DNA of 64,000 nucleotides. Source: Phoronis australis (lineage: Eukaryota; Animalia; Phoronida). The notes under the pieces are model-generated. The model was not told the origin of the DNA, searched no databases, and was given only the letters and a program-made list of their open reading frames with translations. The position numbers and the translations under genes were made by a program. Location of the stretch: NCBI GenBank assembly GCA_002633005.1, contig NMRA01000504.1, forward strand, positions 87,571 through 151,570, written 5' to 3'. Below are positions 54,301 through 63,178 of this stretch, in pieces (position 1 is the first letter of the stretch; each line of letters begins with the position of its first letter).

Positions 54301-57300
54301 GTAAATGCTCGTATGCCCAGTCGTAATGAGACTTGCTTTAGGTTAGAATTTTAATGGCACATGTGGAAGGTTATTAAGTGTGAATTCATGCCAGTTGTAA
54401 TTATATGCCAGTTCTGTTGTGCTGCTTTCACAATCATGAGCCTACTCTCACTTTCTCAAGCTCGATGTGAGTATGAAGCATTTTAGTCACATCCAGTACA
54501 ATAAGGCATCTAGGGCAAAATCTCACAAATTTAGGACACAACATGGCAGACAAGTGAATTTTTTTCTCGTTCTATGATAAAAGCTAAGTAATACCTGAAG
54601 GTAATTGAGAACTTCCATTTTCAGGCTGGTTGTGGCAGCTGGCTCCCTCCTACATCCTATTCTGTTACCCCGGATTTATCCGCCCCTGTTTACACTCTAC
54701 GCTCTGTACAATGAAAAGGATGATGAACTGTACTGGGAGAGGATACAGAGGTGGAATCGTCAACCAGATATTGCACTGATGTCCTACTTGGGAGTTGATC
54801 AGTGAGTAGCGCTCCCTATTGGAGTAAAGAGGAATGATACATCAAGTCATTTGTGTTCTTTATTGTGAAGCTGACCCTTGGTTATTTAAAAATAAACAAA
54901 TTTTCTATTAGCTCATTGAAGCTTGGGTGTCAAAAATGGAAGTCTGCATATTAAAATACAGTAATTTAAACTTCATTTAGAATTTCTATGAATGGACTGC
55001 AGAACTTGATAACTAAAGATAAAATGTATTGCGTTCAGAAATTTTCCCCAATTTTTCCCTGAATGTTGAAGTCTTCATTTTTGACAAACCAGATCTTGAG
55101 CTAAGAGGTCTTGACAGAAACTTGATGTCAATTTTTATAACCAAAAAAAAGAAACAGAATTTGGTGGTCTCGGGTCAAACTTTTAAAGGACTATCAAAGT
55201 TGCAGCATTGTCCTTTTTGTTCTGATTCTTTAGAAAATATGGTCCCCTGTTCACAAATGTTTCTTCATTTCCATGGTAATCAAGGATTTCTTCAGTTCAT
55301 GGGACAGAAATTGGTATGACTCAAGACACTTTTTACATGTCTTAGTTCTTAGTGTTTTGTCCCCTTCGATGGATCAAAGGCATTCCAAAGATCAGGGAAT
55401 ATGTATTGTTTGATTCATATTTCCCGTTACCTCTTTTAGTCATAGCAACCCTGGCTTTCTTCTCAGAGACTATAACAAAAATCAATAGCGATTTATAAAT
55501 GCTAAGATGTACAACTAATAAAGCATTCACATACCGTCCAATCATAAGTCAGATCAGAGCCCTGGTCCACTGTCTGTTCAACACTTGTGAGCTGTCTGAC
55601 CAACGGTCAACCTCATCAGCCTACAGCAGATCAGATGGCAAATCTGCCTCGCCAATCAAATGTTGTATCTTTCTTCTCTTTAAAATTCAGCATCTGAACT
55701 TGGTGGAAGATATTTGAAGAAATGATATTCATGGAAATTCTTCACTTATTTAGCGCGCAATATGACTGACAAGTGAAATTTCATGTTGCCAAATTTCTCC
55801 ACGAAAATAAAGGTTAAGAAAACTCTAGTCAATTACCAGCATGGATTGTACCTTGAAGATGTCATGAAATAAATTTTGAGTAAAGTTTCTGTTACTTGCC
55901 GTAATCACCCTTTGAAAAATTTTTAAAATGATGATTTTGTCGTGCAATTAGTTTTGTGCGAAATAAGTGGAGACTTGCCTTTAGGGCTGTTCCAGCAAAA
56001 TCTGTATGGGAGGGGGGGGAAGGCACTTTTATTTTGTACCCACCGCCCATATTTTTCATTTATTTCTCCGACCCATGACCCATAATTTTTTAATTATTTT
56101 TATAGGTTGAAATATAAAATCCAATACTTGCAAACAAATTGCCTCCAGGAGGACCTGTTAAGAACTTAGATGATTGACAGACAAGAACTAGTTGTCTTGT
56201 CCAATATTGTCAAAAACTAAAGTAGCCTGTGAGCAATACTTTTGGCAGCCACCAGGTGTCTCTGTTCACCATGTGTCTATAATTTCAATGAAAATTTTTT
56301 CAATTATAAGCATCTATGAATCTCAAACTGTCTCCACAAACTCTTTTGTACTTCTATGTCAAGTGAATATTGGAACTTGTTTATCTTACTCCTCATACTT
56401 TTTATTTAAAAATCATCAATTTTCTTATATGTGTTAGCACCAGTTTAGTGTTGCATAACTTTTCAATTCAATAGGACTGCAGACTAACAGTTGGCTCAAA
56501 TCAAGTTGCCCATGACTTGATTAATGGCTTAGTGAACATATTGCACTCTGTTCACTGGCAATATGGGCTTTTTTGTATTGGGATAAGTTAGGATATTAGC
56601 CAATTGCATTTTATTGACTTTTGATTTCTTTGGAGATGTGTTCGGCTGAAGTAACCAACCTGTCAACATTAACAGGTAAAAAAATACCACTCATTTTTAA
56701 TGCATCACTTCTTACAGGAACGACCACCCATAATTTGAGTTTTTTTCTGAAGACCACCACCCATGAATTTTTATTTCTACTGCCGTCCCCCCCTCCCACA
56801 CGGATTTTACTGGAACAGCCCTTAGTAACATTTGTTGGCCATTACTGACAGAGTGTTGTCATCTGTAGGAAGTTCTGGTGTGTGGACGACTCCATTCCCC
56901 TACAGAGGATATCTCGTCTGAAGGATCACTGCTACGCCAGTGCAGTAGACACTCTGCAGCAGCTTAGTACCATGTTTAGTCCTGCTGACAAACTAACTGT
57001 CATTCAGCAGACCTTCGATGAGGTGACCAAGGTCAGTGGAGGGTCTTACTATTGCGATTGTTTTGGGGTGAATTTGTGTTTTTCAGTGCTTTGTTTGATT
57101 GTATAAGAATTGCAGGAGACTCAAAGAGTCAAGTGATCCAAGGTAATAGCTAATCGTTGTGAAGTTCTTTCACGTTTCATCTGAATAACTCTTACTGACT
57201 ATTTTCTATGCTAAGAAGTGCTTTTTTATTTTCTGAAATCATGGTGACTTAGGAATCTCAATTCATTCCTTTGAAACGTGTCACAATGGTTAATGATCAT

Positions 57301-58238
57301 GTAACTTCCGTTTTCTTCTGAAAATTCATTTCTTGCGTTGAAAAAAAATTTCTCTTCAAAAAACCTGCGGGCAACTTTCTGGTTAACAAATACACTTTTA
57401 CTAGCGATACCCAGGTAACTATGCCTTAGATTTTTTATTTACCTTCAAACAACAGAAATATCAACCATCAGAGTCCCCAAGTGGTTTGTTCACCTGACTC
57501 GCGTTGTTTACCCTGTTCTTGTTTTTCATTGTAGTCCGTACAGACCATCCTTGGTAGCGGTTATCTCTGGAACATGGATGACCTGTTCCCTGTGTTCCAG
57601 TATATCACAGTGCGAGCCCGCATCAGGCATCTGAGTGCAGAGATTCACATGATCGACGACCTGATGGAACGACACTTTGAACACGGAGAGCTGGGTATAA
57701 TGTTCACCACACTCAAGGTAATAATGTTAGAAGAATTTCCCCTCGCGGAGTTCGTCCAATATTTCATACACTGTTGTACCAGCATACCAAAACATTAGGG
57801 GTTCATTTCAGTTTCTTGGTGTCCATAAAATGATCCAAAAATCATGATTCCACAATGTACAGTGCATGCCAAAAGTATCCAGATAAATTATTAAATACTG
57901 GACATTCCCTGTCATGTCTGCTTGGCTGAAGCAAAAGTCATCATCAGAGCAGCCTTCACTCATCTCTGAGAATGAAGGTCAATTAACAGCAACCTATTTT
58001 GAGACCGTTGTCATTTGTGAGGATGTTGCTTCGGATCAAATATAACTGTCCACAAGCATTTTAGTTTCACTTCCAGTACGCTTAATTTTGAAGCTTATTT
58101 TCACACTATTCTCCGCACCTTTCACATCTTAAGGAAACGCGGTGCCTCTAATTTTTTTCATGTATAATGATTTAGATCACTCATTTTATTTTGCAGGCTT
58201 GCCATTACCAAGTTCTCAATGAGAAGATGAATATCTGA
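569..58238 (+). CDS. ALS2: Alsin (ALS2) ortholog, Rab5 GEF; 30 coding exons, ~1785 aa (gene span)
   Basis: join(569..582,17702..17940,19135..20772,22851..22961,23147..23240,24073..24169,24553..24630,24796..24954,26323..26494,27266..27348,27757..27929,29611..29770,31555..31683,32085..32213,32924..33061,34038..34234,34874..34939,35936..36031,37717..37883,41424..41533,42367..42444,50512..50654,51255..51428,51971..52082,53319..53476,53768..53845,54625..54801,56869..57031,57535..57717,58197..58238). All introns GT-AG, phases consistent, total 5358 nt. The RCC1 repeats + DH/PH + MORN + VPS9 domain order is diagnostic of alsin. Exon 1 is the least certain. Confidence 0.93.
2410..4090 (+). repeat. 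Three diverged, partly truncated copies of a ~450-550 bp interspersed repeat; fragments also at 1..60 and 845..880
   Basis: Shared blocks GAATTAAGGT(G/A)ACTTTGG, GACACTTGCA, ACAGATTTTCA, TTCAAATTAT, TATTTTGA(G/A)ATGAGTAACT. Confidence 0.7.
3305..3341. repeat. (AT)n microsatellite
   Basis: ~18 AT units. Confidence 0.95.
4263..6767. mobile_element. Non-autonomous Tc1/mariner (pogo-like) DNA transposon, ~2.5 kb
   Basis: TIRs CCGTAAACATTCGGGTTAACGCCCA / TGGGCATTAACCCGAACGTTTACGG (2 mismatches), TA on both flanks, multiple subterminal TTAA(C/G)CGCCCA motifs at both ends, no transposase ORF. Confidence 0.85.
8669..9620. mobile_element. Decayed hAT-like MITE
   Basis: TIR CAGAGCTTTATC / GATAAAGGTCTG (11/12), subterminal GG(G/A)C(A/G)TCC motifs near both ends; 8 bp flanks match only 5/8. 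Confidence 0.4.
11691..13064 (-). CDS. Alpha-arrestin (arrestin domain-containing protein), main exon 2
   Basis: 1374 nt open frame starting at acceptor tgttctgttgtag|AAG (the track's GTG start at 13034 is internal). Arrestin_N motifs [33 protein letters not shown]; Arrestin_C motifs [36 protein letters not shown]. Confidence 0.88.
   Translation of the reverse strand, partial: KSTADSETTTVSYQRHLSRRRPSFKTHPLYRKQYSTNGRTTIPVVLKKLPKEKAITNFVIQLDNSNGESILAGTNLNGKVSFDIRRQITVWYVELIVEGIGATYCHRGAYGTTELDREFYLKKQTFVMGSGRTNRVVHLHPGTYNTEFSYNLPETIPPTLTYANPRARFAINIQYQVKVRICDDMNMVRLDSTGTRTKHLVKVVKKMQLPFRVHRNFNLAHHPLAYTCLSHTETFNTSCLSRETMAAQISMKTDRSVYQLGDQIELHLEATTDSKHFEENHVKGIKLELIQNASLRHFEKKSKRIREKKLTTIVAAFQRKIRLGGDINDLNTTSDCEIFFTIPKTLIPSIIPGCHLVDIRYTLRVILQFSKFGGTLLSEFPLIIGPAGVGTTGDGRESIPVFDQQALMEFPKFRVPSTNLLWRNSIASANSITKGATVNTKYYNWLDSVFLLSGDVK
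13749..14239. mobile_element. Putative MITE inside the arrestin intron
   Basis: 13 bp perfect TIR CAGGAGTCTGTTT / AAACAGACTCCTG; no clean TSD. Confidence 0.5.
14623..14643 (-). CDS. Alpha-arrestin putative coding exon 1 (MDGHRRK)
   Basis: Minus strand gaacATGGACGGCCACAGGAGAAAG|gtatgt: Kozak context, strong donor, phase 0 matches the acceptor at 13064; full protein ~464 aa. Confidence 0.65.
17702..17940 (+). CDS. ALS2: ALS2 exon 2 (RCC1-like repeats)
   Basis: ttgtag|G..CTAG|gtttgg; [26 protein letters not shown]. Confidence 0.92.
19135..20772 (+). CDS. ALS2: ALS2 exon 3 (RCC1 repeats plus long acidic insert), 1638 nt
   Basis: ttgatag|GT..ACAG|gtactt; [40 protein letters not shown]. Confidence 0.93.
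22131..22340. mobile_element. GC-rich end of a probable DNA transposon, truncated at an assembly N
   Basis: Dense CCGACC/GGTCGG motifs in both orientations, ends ..GATGTGTGCTG followed by TA, begins right after the N at 22130. Confidence 0.45.
22650..22792 (+). repeat. 45 bp tandem repeat, ~3 copies
   Basis: TTAGAAGAATTTTT starts at 22655, 22700 and 22745. Confidence 0.85.
22851..22961 (+). CDS. ALS2: ALS2 exon 4
   Basis: ttacag|AG..ACAT|gtaagt; [12 protein letters not shown]; phase 1-1. Confidence 0.75.
23147..23240 (+). CDS. ALS2: ALS2 exon 5 (RCC1)
   Basis: ttgtag|CC..ACAG|gtgagg; [18 protein letters not shown]. Confidence 0.9.
24073..24169 (+). CDS. ALS2: ALS2 exon 6 (RCC1)
   Basis: ttgtag|A..AAG|gtcagg; [21 protein letters not shown]. 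Confidence 0.9.
24553..24630 (+). CDS. ALS2: ALS2 exon 7 (RCC1)
   Basis: tttag|GCA..AAG|gtaggc; [12 protein letters not shown]. Confidence 0.9.
24796..24954 (+). CDS. ALS2: ALS2 exon 8
   Basis: ttcag|CTC..AAG|gttagt; [25 protein letters not shown]. Confidence 0.9.
25433..25539 (+). repeat. 10 bp tandem repeat (ATGACATTGT), ~10.7 copies
   Basis: Perfect array seen directly. Confidence 0.95.
26323..26494 (+). CDS. ALS2: ALS2 exon 9 (end of RCC1-like domain, start of DH)
   Basis: cgccag|GTG..TCAG|gttggt; [23 protein letters not shown]. Confidence 0.9.
26985..27205 (+). repeat. 33 bp minisatellite, ~6.5 copies
   Basis: Unit CATGTGAACGCAATACAAACACACACCACATTT; explains the repetitive ORFs in several frames. 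Confidence 0.92.
27266..27348 (+). CDS. ALS2: ALS2 exon 10 (DH)
   Basis: ttcag|AT..AAG|gtattg; [12 protein letters not shown]; phase 1-0. Confidence 0.8.
27757..27929 (+). CDS. ALS2: ALS2 exon 11 (DH)
   Basis: ctctag|GTT..GAG|gtacat; [14 protein letters not shown]. Confidence 0.87.
29611..29770 (+). CDS. ALS2: ALS2 exon 12 (DH)
   Basis: ttccag|T..GGG|gtaagt; [15 protein letters not shown]. Confidence 0.9.
29779..30053 (+). repeat. 19 bp minisatellite, ~14 copies
   Basis: Unit GGGCATGACTTACAGTAGT, starting immediately after the exon 12 donor. Confidence 0.93.
31555..31683 (+). CDS. ALS2: ALS2 exon 13
   Basis: tttag|TCC..GTG|gttagt; [16 protein letters not shown]. Confidence 0.85.
32085..32213 (+). 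CDS. ALS2: ALS2 exon 14 (PH)
   Basis: ttcag|GAA..AGG|gtgagt; [30 protein letters not shown]. Confidence 0.92.
32924..33061 (+). CDS. ALS2: ALS2 exon 15 (PH)
   Basis: ttccag|TAT..AAG|gtaaca; [11 protein letters not shown]. Confidence 0.9.
34038..34234 (+). CDS. ALS2: ALS2 exon 16 (PH end, first MORN)
   Basis: ttgcag|TCC..GA|gtaagt; [22 protein letters not shown]. Confidence 0.9.
34874..34939 (+). CDS. ALS2: ALS2 exon 17 (MORN)
   Basis: ttcag|G..GG|gtaggt; [22 protein letters not shown]. Confidence 0.9.
35936..36031 (+). CDS. ALS2: ALS2 exon 18 (MORN)
   Basis: tgcag|G..AA|gtgagt; [13 protein letters not shown]. Confidence 0.9.
36484..36546. repeat. (AAT)n microsatellite
   Basis: Imperfect AAT array; source of the poly-Ile/poly-Leu ORFs. 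Confidence 0.93.
37717..37883 (+). CDS. ALS2: ALS2 exon 19 (MORN)
   Basis: tctag|G..TTG|gtaatg; [34 protein letters not shown]. Confidence 0.92.
41424..41533 (+). CDS. ALS2: ALS2 exon 20 (MORN)
   Basis: cattag|GC..ACA|gtgagt; [17 protein letters not shown]. Confidence 0.92.
42367..42444 (+). CDS. ALS2: ALS2 exon 21 (MORN)
   Basis: ttacag|GGC..CGG|gtatga; [17 protein letters not shown]. Confidence 0.9.
45190..45400 (-). mobile_element. Decayed LINE (L2/Rex/CR1-group) ORF2 fragment
   Basis: Interrupted minus-strand translation [27 protein letters not shown] resembles the post-RT 'V..YKYLG.IID..L.F..HV' motif; followed by a T-rich tail on - (A-rich 44900..45190 on +). Confidence 0.45.
46245..46910 (+). 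repeat. Degenerate 17 bp minisatellite (TATTCTCACCTGTGTAG)
   Basis: Near-perfect core at 46497..46640, diverged flanks, outliers near 45890..45950. Confidence 0.85.
48308..48692 (+). repeat. 29 bp minisatellite, ~13 copies
   Basis: Unit CTCCAATGAGAAGGAAGTGTACACACACT, nearly perfect, no spacers. Confidence 0.95.
50512..50654 (+). CDS. ALS2: ALS2 exon 22 (last MORN)
   Basis: ttgcag|GGC..GC|gtgagc; [29 protein letters not shown]. Confidence 0.88.
51255..51428 (+). CDS. ALS2: ALS2 exon 23
   Basis: tgacag|T..AG|gtgagt; [19 protein letters not shown]. Confidence 0.9.
51971..52082 (+). CDS. ALS2: ALS2 exon 24
   Basis: ttatag|C..ATG|gtacac; [17 protein letters not shown]. Confidence 0.87.
52129..52293 (+). 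repeat. 63 bp tandem repeat, ~2.6 copies
   Basis: AGTAGATACCTG starts at 52129, 52192 and 52255. Confidence 0.9.
53319..53476 (+). CDS. ALS2: ALS2 exon 25
   Basis: ttgtag|GCT..AG|gttagt; [23 protein letters not shown]. Confidence 0.92.
53768..53845 (+). CDS. ALS2: ALS2 exon 26
   Basis: ctgcag|A..GG|gtatga; RILFPDLP. Confidence 0.88.
54625..54801 (+). CDS. ALS2: ALS2 exon 27
   Basis: ttcag|G..CA|gtgagt; [29 protein letters not shown]. Confidence 0.92.
55984..56821. mobile_element. PIF/Harbinger-type MITE, 838 bp
   Basis: ~36 bp TIRs GGGCTGTTCCAGcAAAATCtGTaTGGGAGGGGGGG at both ends, exact TTA target-site duplication (55981..83, 56822..24), subterminal ACCACCCAT repeats. Confidence 0.88.
56869..57031 (+). 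CDS. ALS2: ALS2 exon 28 (VPS9)
   Basis: ctgtag|G..AAG|gtcagt; [26 protein letters not shown]. Confidence 0.92.
57535..57717 (+). CDS. ALS2: ALS2 exon 29 (VPS9 core)
   Basis: ttgtag|TCC..AAG|gtaata; [26 protein letters not shown]. Confidence 0.93.
58197..58238 (+). CDS. ALS2: ALS2 terminal coding exon 30
   Basis: ttgcag|GCT TGC CAT TAC CAA..ATC TGA; [13 protein letters not shown]. Confidence 0.88.
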   Translation, partial: ACHYQVLNEKMNI

Positions 58239-60011
58239 CGTCCAGTTTGATAGCAGCTTGTGAGCTGGATAGTGCTATTCTCAATGTACTTGTTGGGGTG
58301 ACTTCACAGGACATCGAAAGTAAAAAATCTGGGGTTGGGCTTTGCACCAACTGTGTGCATCTAAAACATTTGAGAAGTGGTGGGTTTGTGTCTACTCAGA
58401 CTAACAAATTCTGCTCGGCAAGTCACAGATGAGGGAGTCGTGTGTTCTGGGAGCTCATTGTTTGTAAATAAGTGTTTAGAAAGCCTTTGTCGCTGCTTCT
58501 GTATAAAGTGGAATGGGCGAGTGGTTAACAGGGAGTGGACATTTAGCTGAACATAGGTATTTGGATCAGTCACACAAATGATGGTAACGTTCTTGGGCTG
58601 GAACAGACTATAATGTGAAATTATGATTTTCAAACAGTAAAGATCTTGGATGTTGAGATGTATATTTTTCCTGTAGGTCTGCTCAATACATGTATGAATT
58701 GGTCTGTGTTAACTGGATAAAAGTTTGTGCATCAAATGATCAGTAGTTAAACATTACGTCACATTACAAGATTGTGGCTTCCTCTTTTTTGCACTTATTA
58801 GCGAGTTTTTTTACGAGCTGAGTCATCATTCACGAGACCTCCCTTCTGTTCTCTACAGTTCACTTTCTTCCAAAGATTGTTTCATATAAGGGAGAAATAA
58901 AAGTGCAGTTGTTACGGCTGAAATTCTGTCATCTTAAGAATGGACAGTCGTGTTTCTAGTGTAAGCAATGATCAAGTGTGAGTCTTTAATCTGTACTCTA
59001 CTGGTGACTATAGCTCAGCTTGCTTGCTGGGAATTCAATGTAAATGGTACACCACTTTACACAGTAGTTTGGTGGTATCTGTGACTTGTGCTCTACATCC
59101 GCACTTCATTTATGAAATGTGTTTAATTGTGCTTAATGTGCAAAAATCCTTTGGAAATTTCTGTGGTTGTAACAAATTGTACGTCACAAAAACCAACTTC
59201 TGATTCAGATTACTTGCCATGATTATGGAGGTGATTTCATGGCTTGGAAATGGCAGTTGGCTACTGCTAAAGACCAGGTTCTACATATTGGGTTTATCTC
59301 GGCATGTCATTTACTGCACCAAACGTGGTCTCAATAGGCAAGCTGTCTGTTCTCTGTGAGCCCAGAAAACACTTTTCATCTAGTAGAGGTCGATGTTTTA
59401 GCCAATAAGTAAGTAGTCTAAATCAGATTTGCTTCTAGGACAGAATGCCGGTTTAGTCGTGGTACTACAAAACACTGCATTAATCACAACTTACACTGGG
59501 TCCCAGGTTTTGAGAACAAGAATGATGCCCATTACTTAGTGGAGGAAACTGCTTCAGTCTCAAAATCCAGGACTCTTGTGACCATTACCAATGGGCCAAC
59601 AATCAATTTCAATACACCTTCTGCAAGAGGTCACTTTTCCGTTGGTGCCATGGTGCTAACCGGTTACCACACAAGAATTCACAGGTTAGCAAACCCATGC
59701 TCGTTTTTCACATGCAGGGTATAAACGTGCAACAAGATAGAGATTTTGTCCCGCTTTTCCGTCAACCTGTTGGAGGCATATTGACATTCAATTTATTGTA
59801 TATTTGATTTGACTTGACAATTCTTCATATAGAATTTCTAAGAGAGGGCTCATAATATTTTCTGTAATCTTTATTTTTTTGTTTAGTAATTTATTCATAG
59901 TTTTGAAATTTAAATGGTTATTGCTCTAAAACTTAATATTTTGCGTGCACATTAATTTGCTTGCAGAATACACAAGTTAGTGTCAATCTGGTGGTGCTTG
60001 GCTTTGTTTAC

Positions 60012-60046
60012 AATAAAAGGGATTAAGCTGAAATAGATTCTTTATT
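60012..60046. terminator. Opposed polyadenylation signals of the convergent ALS2 and MAGUK genes
   Basis: AATAAA on + at 60012..60017 and on - at 60046..60041; other + AATAAA at 58896 and 60368. Confidence 0.4.
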
Positions 60047-60573
60047 TAAGGCAACAATTACAGTCTGATATGCTCTAATTACAATCAGTTATGTTGAAAC
60101 AGCTTTGCATAGAACAGAGACGGTGTGTACAGAACCTGGAGTTAAGAAAATATTCACATCTGACGGCCCTCTATATTCAACACGTATATTTATCACTGCT
60201 ACAAACACAATTAACACAGAACAAAATGTACACAATGGAAAAGCCTTGCTGTAAACGAGTTAAATAAACTAGATAAAAACGGACTCTAATTCTACCAGTC
60301 ATGATGCACGTGCCTGCAACAAGCTTAGCATGCCGTAAAGCAATCTCCATGTTTATGCATTGTTTAAAATAAAACATCTACGTTTATCGACTACAACACA
60401 ATGCACAGACAAGAGTCAGATAAAACAATACAAAAATAGTCCCTCCTCCTGTAGAAATAGTCCCATCCCAAAATATACGTCCGCCTTTACGTAAAATAAA
60501 CAACCAAGAAATCGTTCTACATTCAAAGCGTTTCTGTACAGCTCGTGGTCAGGTGGCGACTCCTTGAGTTCAT

Positions 60574-60600
60574 TTACACATTCACGTTGATGTTAGTCAC
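60574..60600 (-). CDS. Putative alternative terminal exon of the MAGUK (VTNINVNV*)
   Basis: Acceptor gtgctttcag|GTG ACT AAC ATC AAC GTG AAT GTG TAA, phase 0 with the donor at 62736. Confidence 0.45.
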   Translation of the reverse strand: MTNINVNV

Positions 60601-62735
60601 CTGAAAGCACACGTAAACACAAGGCTACTGCAGATTGAAGAGAACATTCAGTGAAACAAATGCCCAAGAAGCAAGCACATAATGGATTTTTGACTTTTGA
60701 CGACAAAAATATTCCAAAGGCGCATCATGAAATTTAGCTCATAGACCAGAAACAGTTAACTTAAAGCTTTTCCCATAATTTAACATTTCAGATTCACTGG
60801 CCAATCACTTTATAGTGGTGGCCATTTTGTTCATTTATTCCCAAAAAACCAGCTTTTCACTTGCGTGGTGTCACTTAAAAAAACTGGCCTTACATGATGC
60901 ACTCCTGAGTTCACCCTTAAATGCACAGTTTGGTGACTAGATTTTAAATACTTCATGAGTTTTACTATCAACACCCCTTTCATGAAGAGCCCATCAACAG
61001 GTCAGATGGCATCGATGACCCCTTCTACCACCTGGCTGGGTGGAGGAGACAGGGGGTACTCCTAAGGCAACGGCCAGTTTCTCGAAATTCTCACTGCTGT
61101 ACAGGTGAATGATGTGCCACTAGTCATCCAAACAGATAAACTTCCTCTTTTTTAAATAAAACAAATTTCAATTAAAGAAGGAAACCATGGCAACACTGTA
61201 ACTGTAATTTGGACATGAATTTCAAATAAGAAAACAGAAATAGAAGTAATCCGAGCTTGGAGATGGCATGCCACTTCACAAAAACAGAAAAGCAACAGTT
61301 CCATGCAATCTTCTTGAATCAACACATCACTGAGGGGATGGAACTCGTATGGATGAACGAACCAACCTCCTAAACCATGCCTTTGTAAAGCAAATACCCC
61401 AAGACAAGAACAACTTAACTTTGTTCCAAGAGAAACCCAATCATTTCGCAATAAAAATATGGAGAATTTGCCACAAAACGGGGAAAAGTTTAATAAAAGT
61501 TAAACCACCAATCACATTACAACAAAAATAAGTGCGTACCAATGAGTAAACCAAATTTCAAACAAACAACAGCAAAACAATTACAAAATAAACACGATCT
61601 ATTACTATTGTATATCACAAGTTTGTATGAAACATTGGAAAAATTAATAGGTGTGGTTCATTAGGTAGTAATATTTCAAGAATTAAGCTGCGTCAAAATA
61701 CTGGGCTGTAGTGTGCCCAGGCACAATGGGGTGACAACAAAGAGGGCCCGCAACTCAGATGGAGCTGGGGAAATGACAACACCTAACACATATTTCAATC
61801 CAGTAAGAAAATGTTACACAAGTGAGTGGCATTGCTGGCATTCTGGGATTGTTTCTTGGACATGGAGAACAACTTGGGATAAAACATTAGGACGGCATTG
61901 GAGAACTAAAAATGTTGACAGAATCGAAAATCGTTGGCATGCCAATGTCTGATAAGTTATTGACTAAGACATTAGCACTGCCTCGGCCAGATTCTGGGTT
62001 CAAAAGGTCACAGGTCACAGAGGGTAAACAAAACTAACACAGTGATCAGCGCATGCGTACTACCTCATCCAAGAAGCTGCGAGAAATGAAAGCAGGAAAG
62101 AATAGTTAAGACACGCCATAAATCGCGGTTTTCCGACGGCACAAGATGCTGAATACACTGGTGGCAAAATGCATACAGTCAATAACATCACATAGAATGT
62201 GAAGCAACAGTAATTGTAGCTGTGACAATAAAATATTTTCTTTTAAAACAAAATGCATGGTAAACTCTACATGAAGTGTCCAGCTTTCTAAAGCAGGGCA
62301 CCCTCAGTTGTAAATGCGACACTTCAGTCAACAACTCCAAATTGACAAAGACAGTTCCAATGTAACTGGGTACGCAAAGGATGCAACTTAACTCAATTAA
62401 TTTTGCTGCAAAAAACGCACAAGGGTGCGTTATTTGAAAAATGGTCGTATTATAAATTGAACTGAAAAGTATGATAAAAACCCCACTTGCAACTGGAGCC
62501 GCTGACAGTATATTTCCAAAAAAATCATCTTGTCCAATTTTGTCAAGTTTTGTCAAACATTTGGAATAAAATAAATTATAACGATTCTTGAAAGAACTAG
62601 TTAAAAAATTCGCTACAAAAGTTCATATTTTTTCAGTGAGTTGACAATCGTCATTCTTGGAACACTACCCTAGCAGCAGTTACATTAGAAAAAGTTCCAC
62701 AAGCAACAGTTTTCCTAGCAGTCAATTTAGTTTAC

Positions 62736-62903
62736 CCAGTTAGCAGGCACCCAGGTGGCCTCTTTGCCGAGCCCTTCGCTGATCTTTGTCAACTCCTCAC
62801 GTGTCTTGTCGAAATCACTGTTGGTGATACTAGCGTCAAAATAGTGGCCGAACGTTCGCTCGATCCGCAAGCTTTCGTCATAAAGCCGACGGAAATCCTT
62901 GTC
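62736..62903 (-). CDS. p55-subfamily MAGUK, C-terminal GK exon
   Basis: cttgtag|GAC..TGG|gtaaac; DESLRIERTFGHYFD..TWVPANW, including the MAGUK terminal WVP motif. Read-through ends at TAA 62729..62727. Confidence 0.9.
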
Positions 62904-63049
62904 CTACAAGGAACAAAATACGTTTGAGAAGACTCAACTTAGCGATTACTTACATTCCACAAACTGAACACACTGGTTAAGGCAGAGCTGGTCAAGTATA
63001 TAATACTCAAGTACGAGGACAATAGTTTCTCTAGTTGGTCAAAACTTAC

Positions 63050-63178
63050 TGTCTTGTCAACAGTGTCTACGCCCCTGTTTTTGCCCTCTTCATGCAATTT
63101 CTTCAATGTGTCCAAGCTGGCAGCACCAATAAAGACGGTGTAGGGCATGAACTCAGCGGTTCTCAGCTGCTTCATCGC
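63050..63178 (-). CDS. p55-subfamily MAGUK (MPP2/MPP6/varicose-like), guanylate kinase-like domain exon; gene continues beyond the window
   Basis: ttttgtag|GCG..ACA|gtaagt; AMKQLRTAEFMPYTVFIGAASLDTL resembles the MPP2/6 segment LRTxEFMPYVVFIAAP. Confidence 0.88.
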
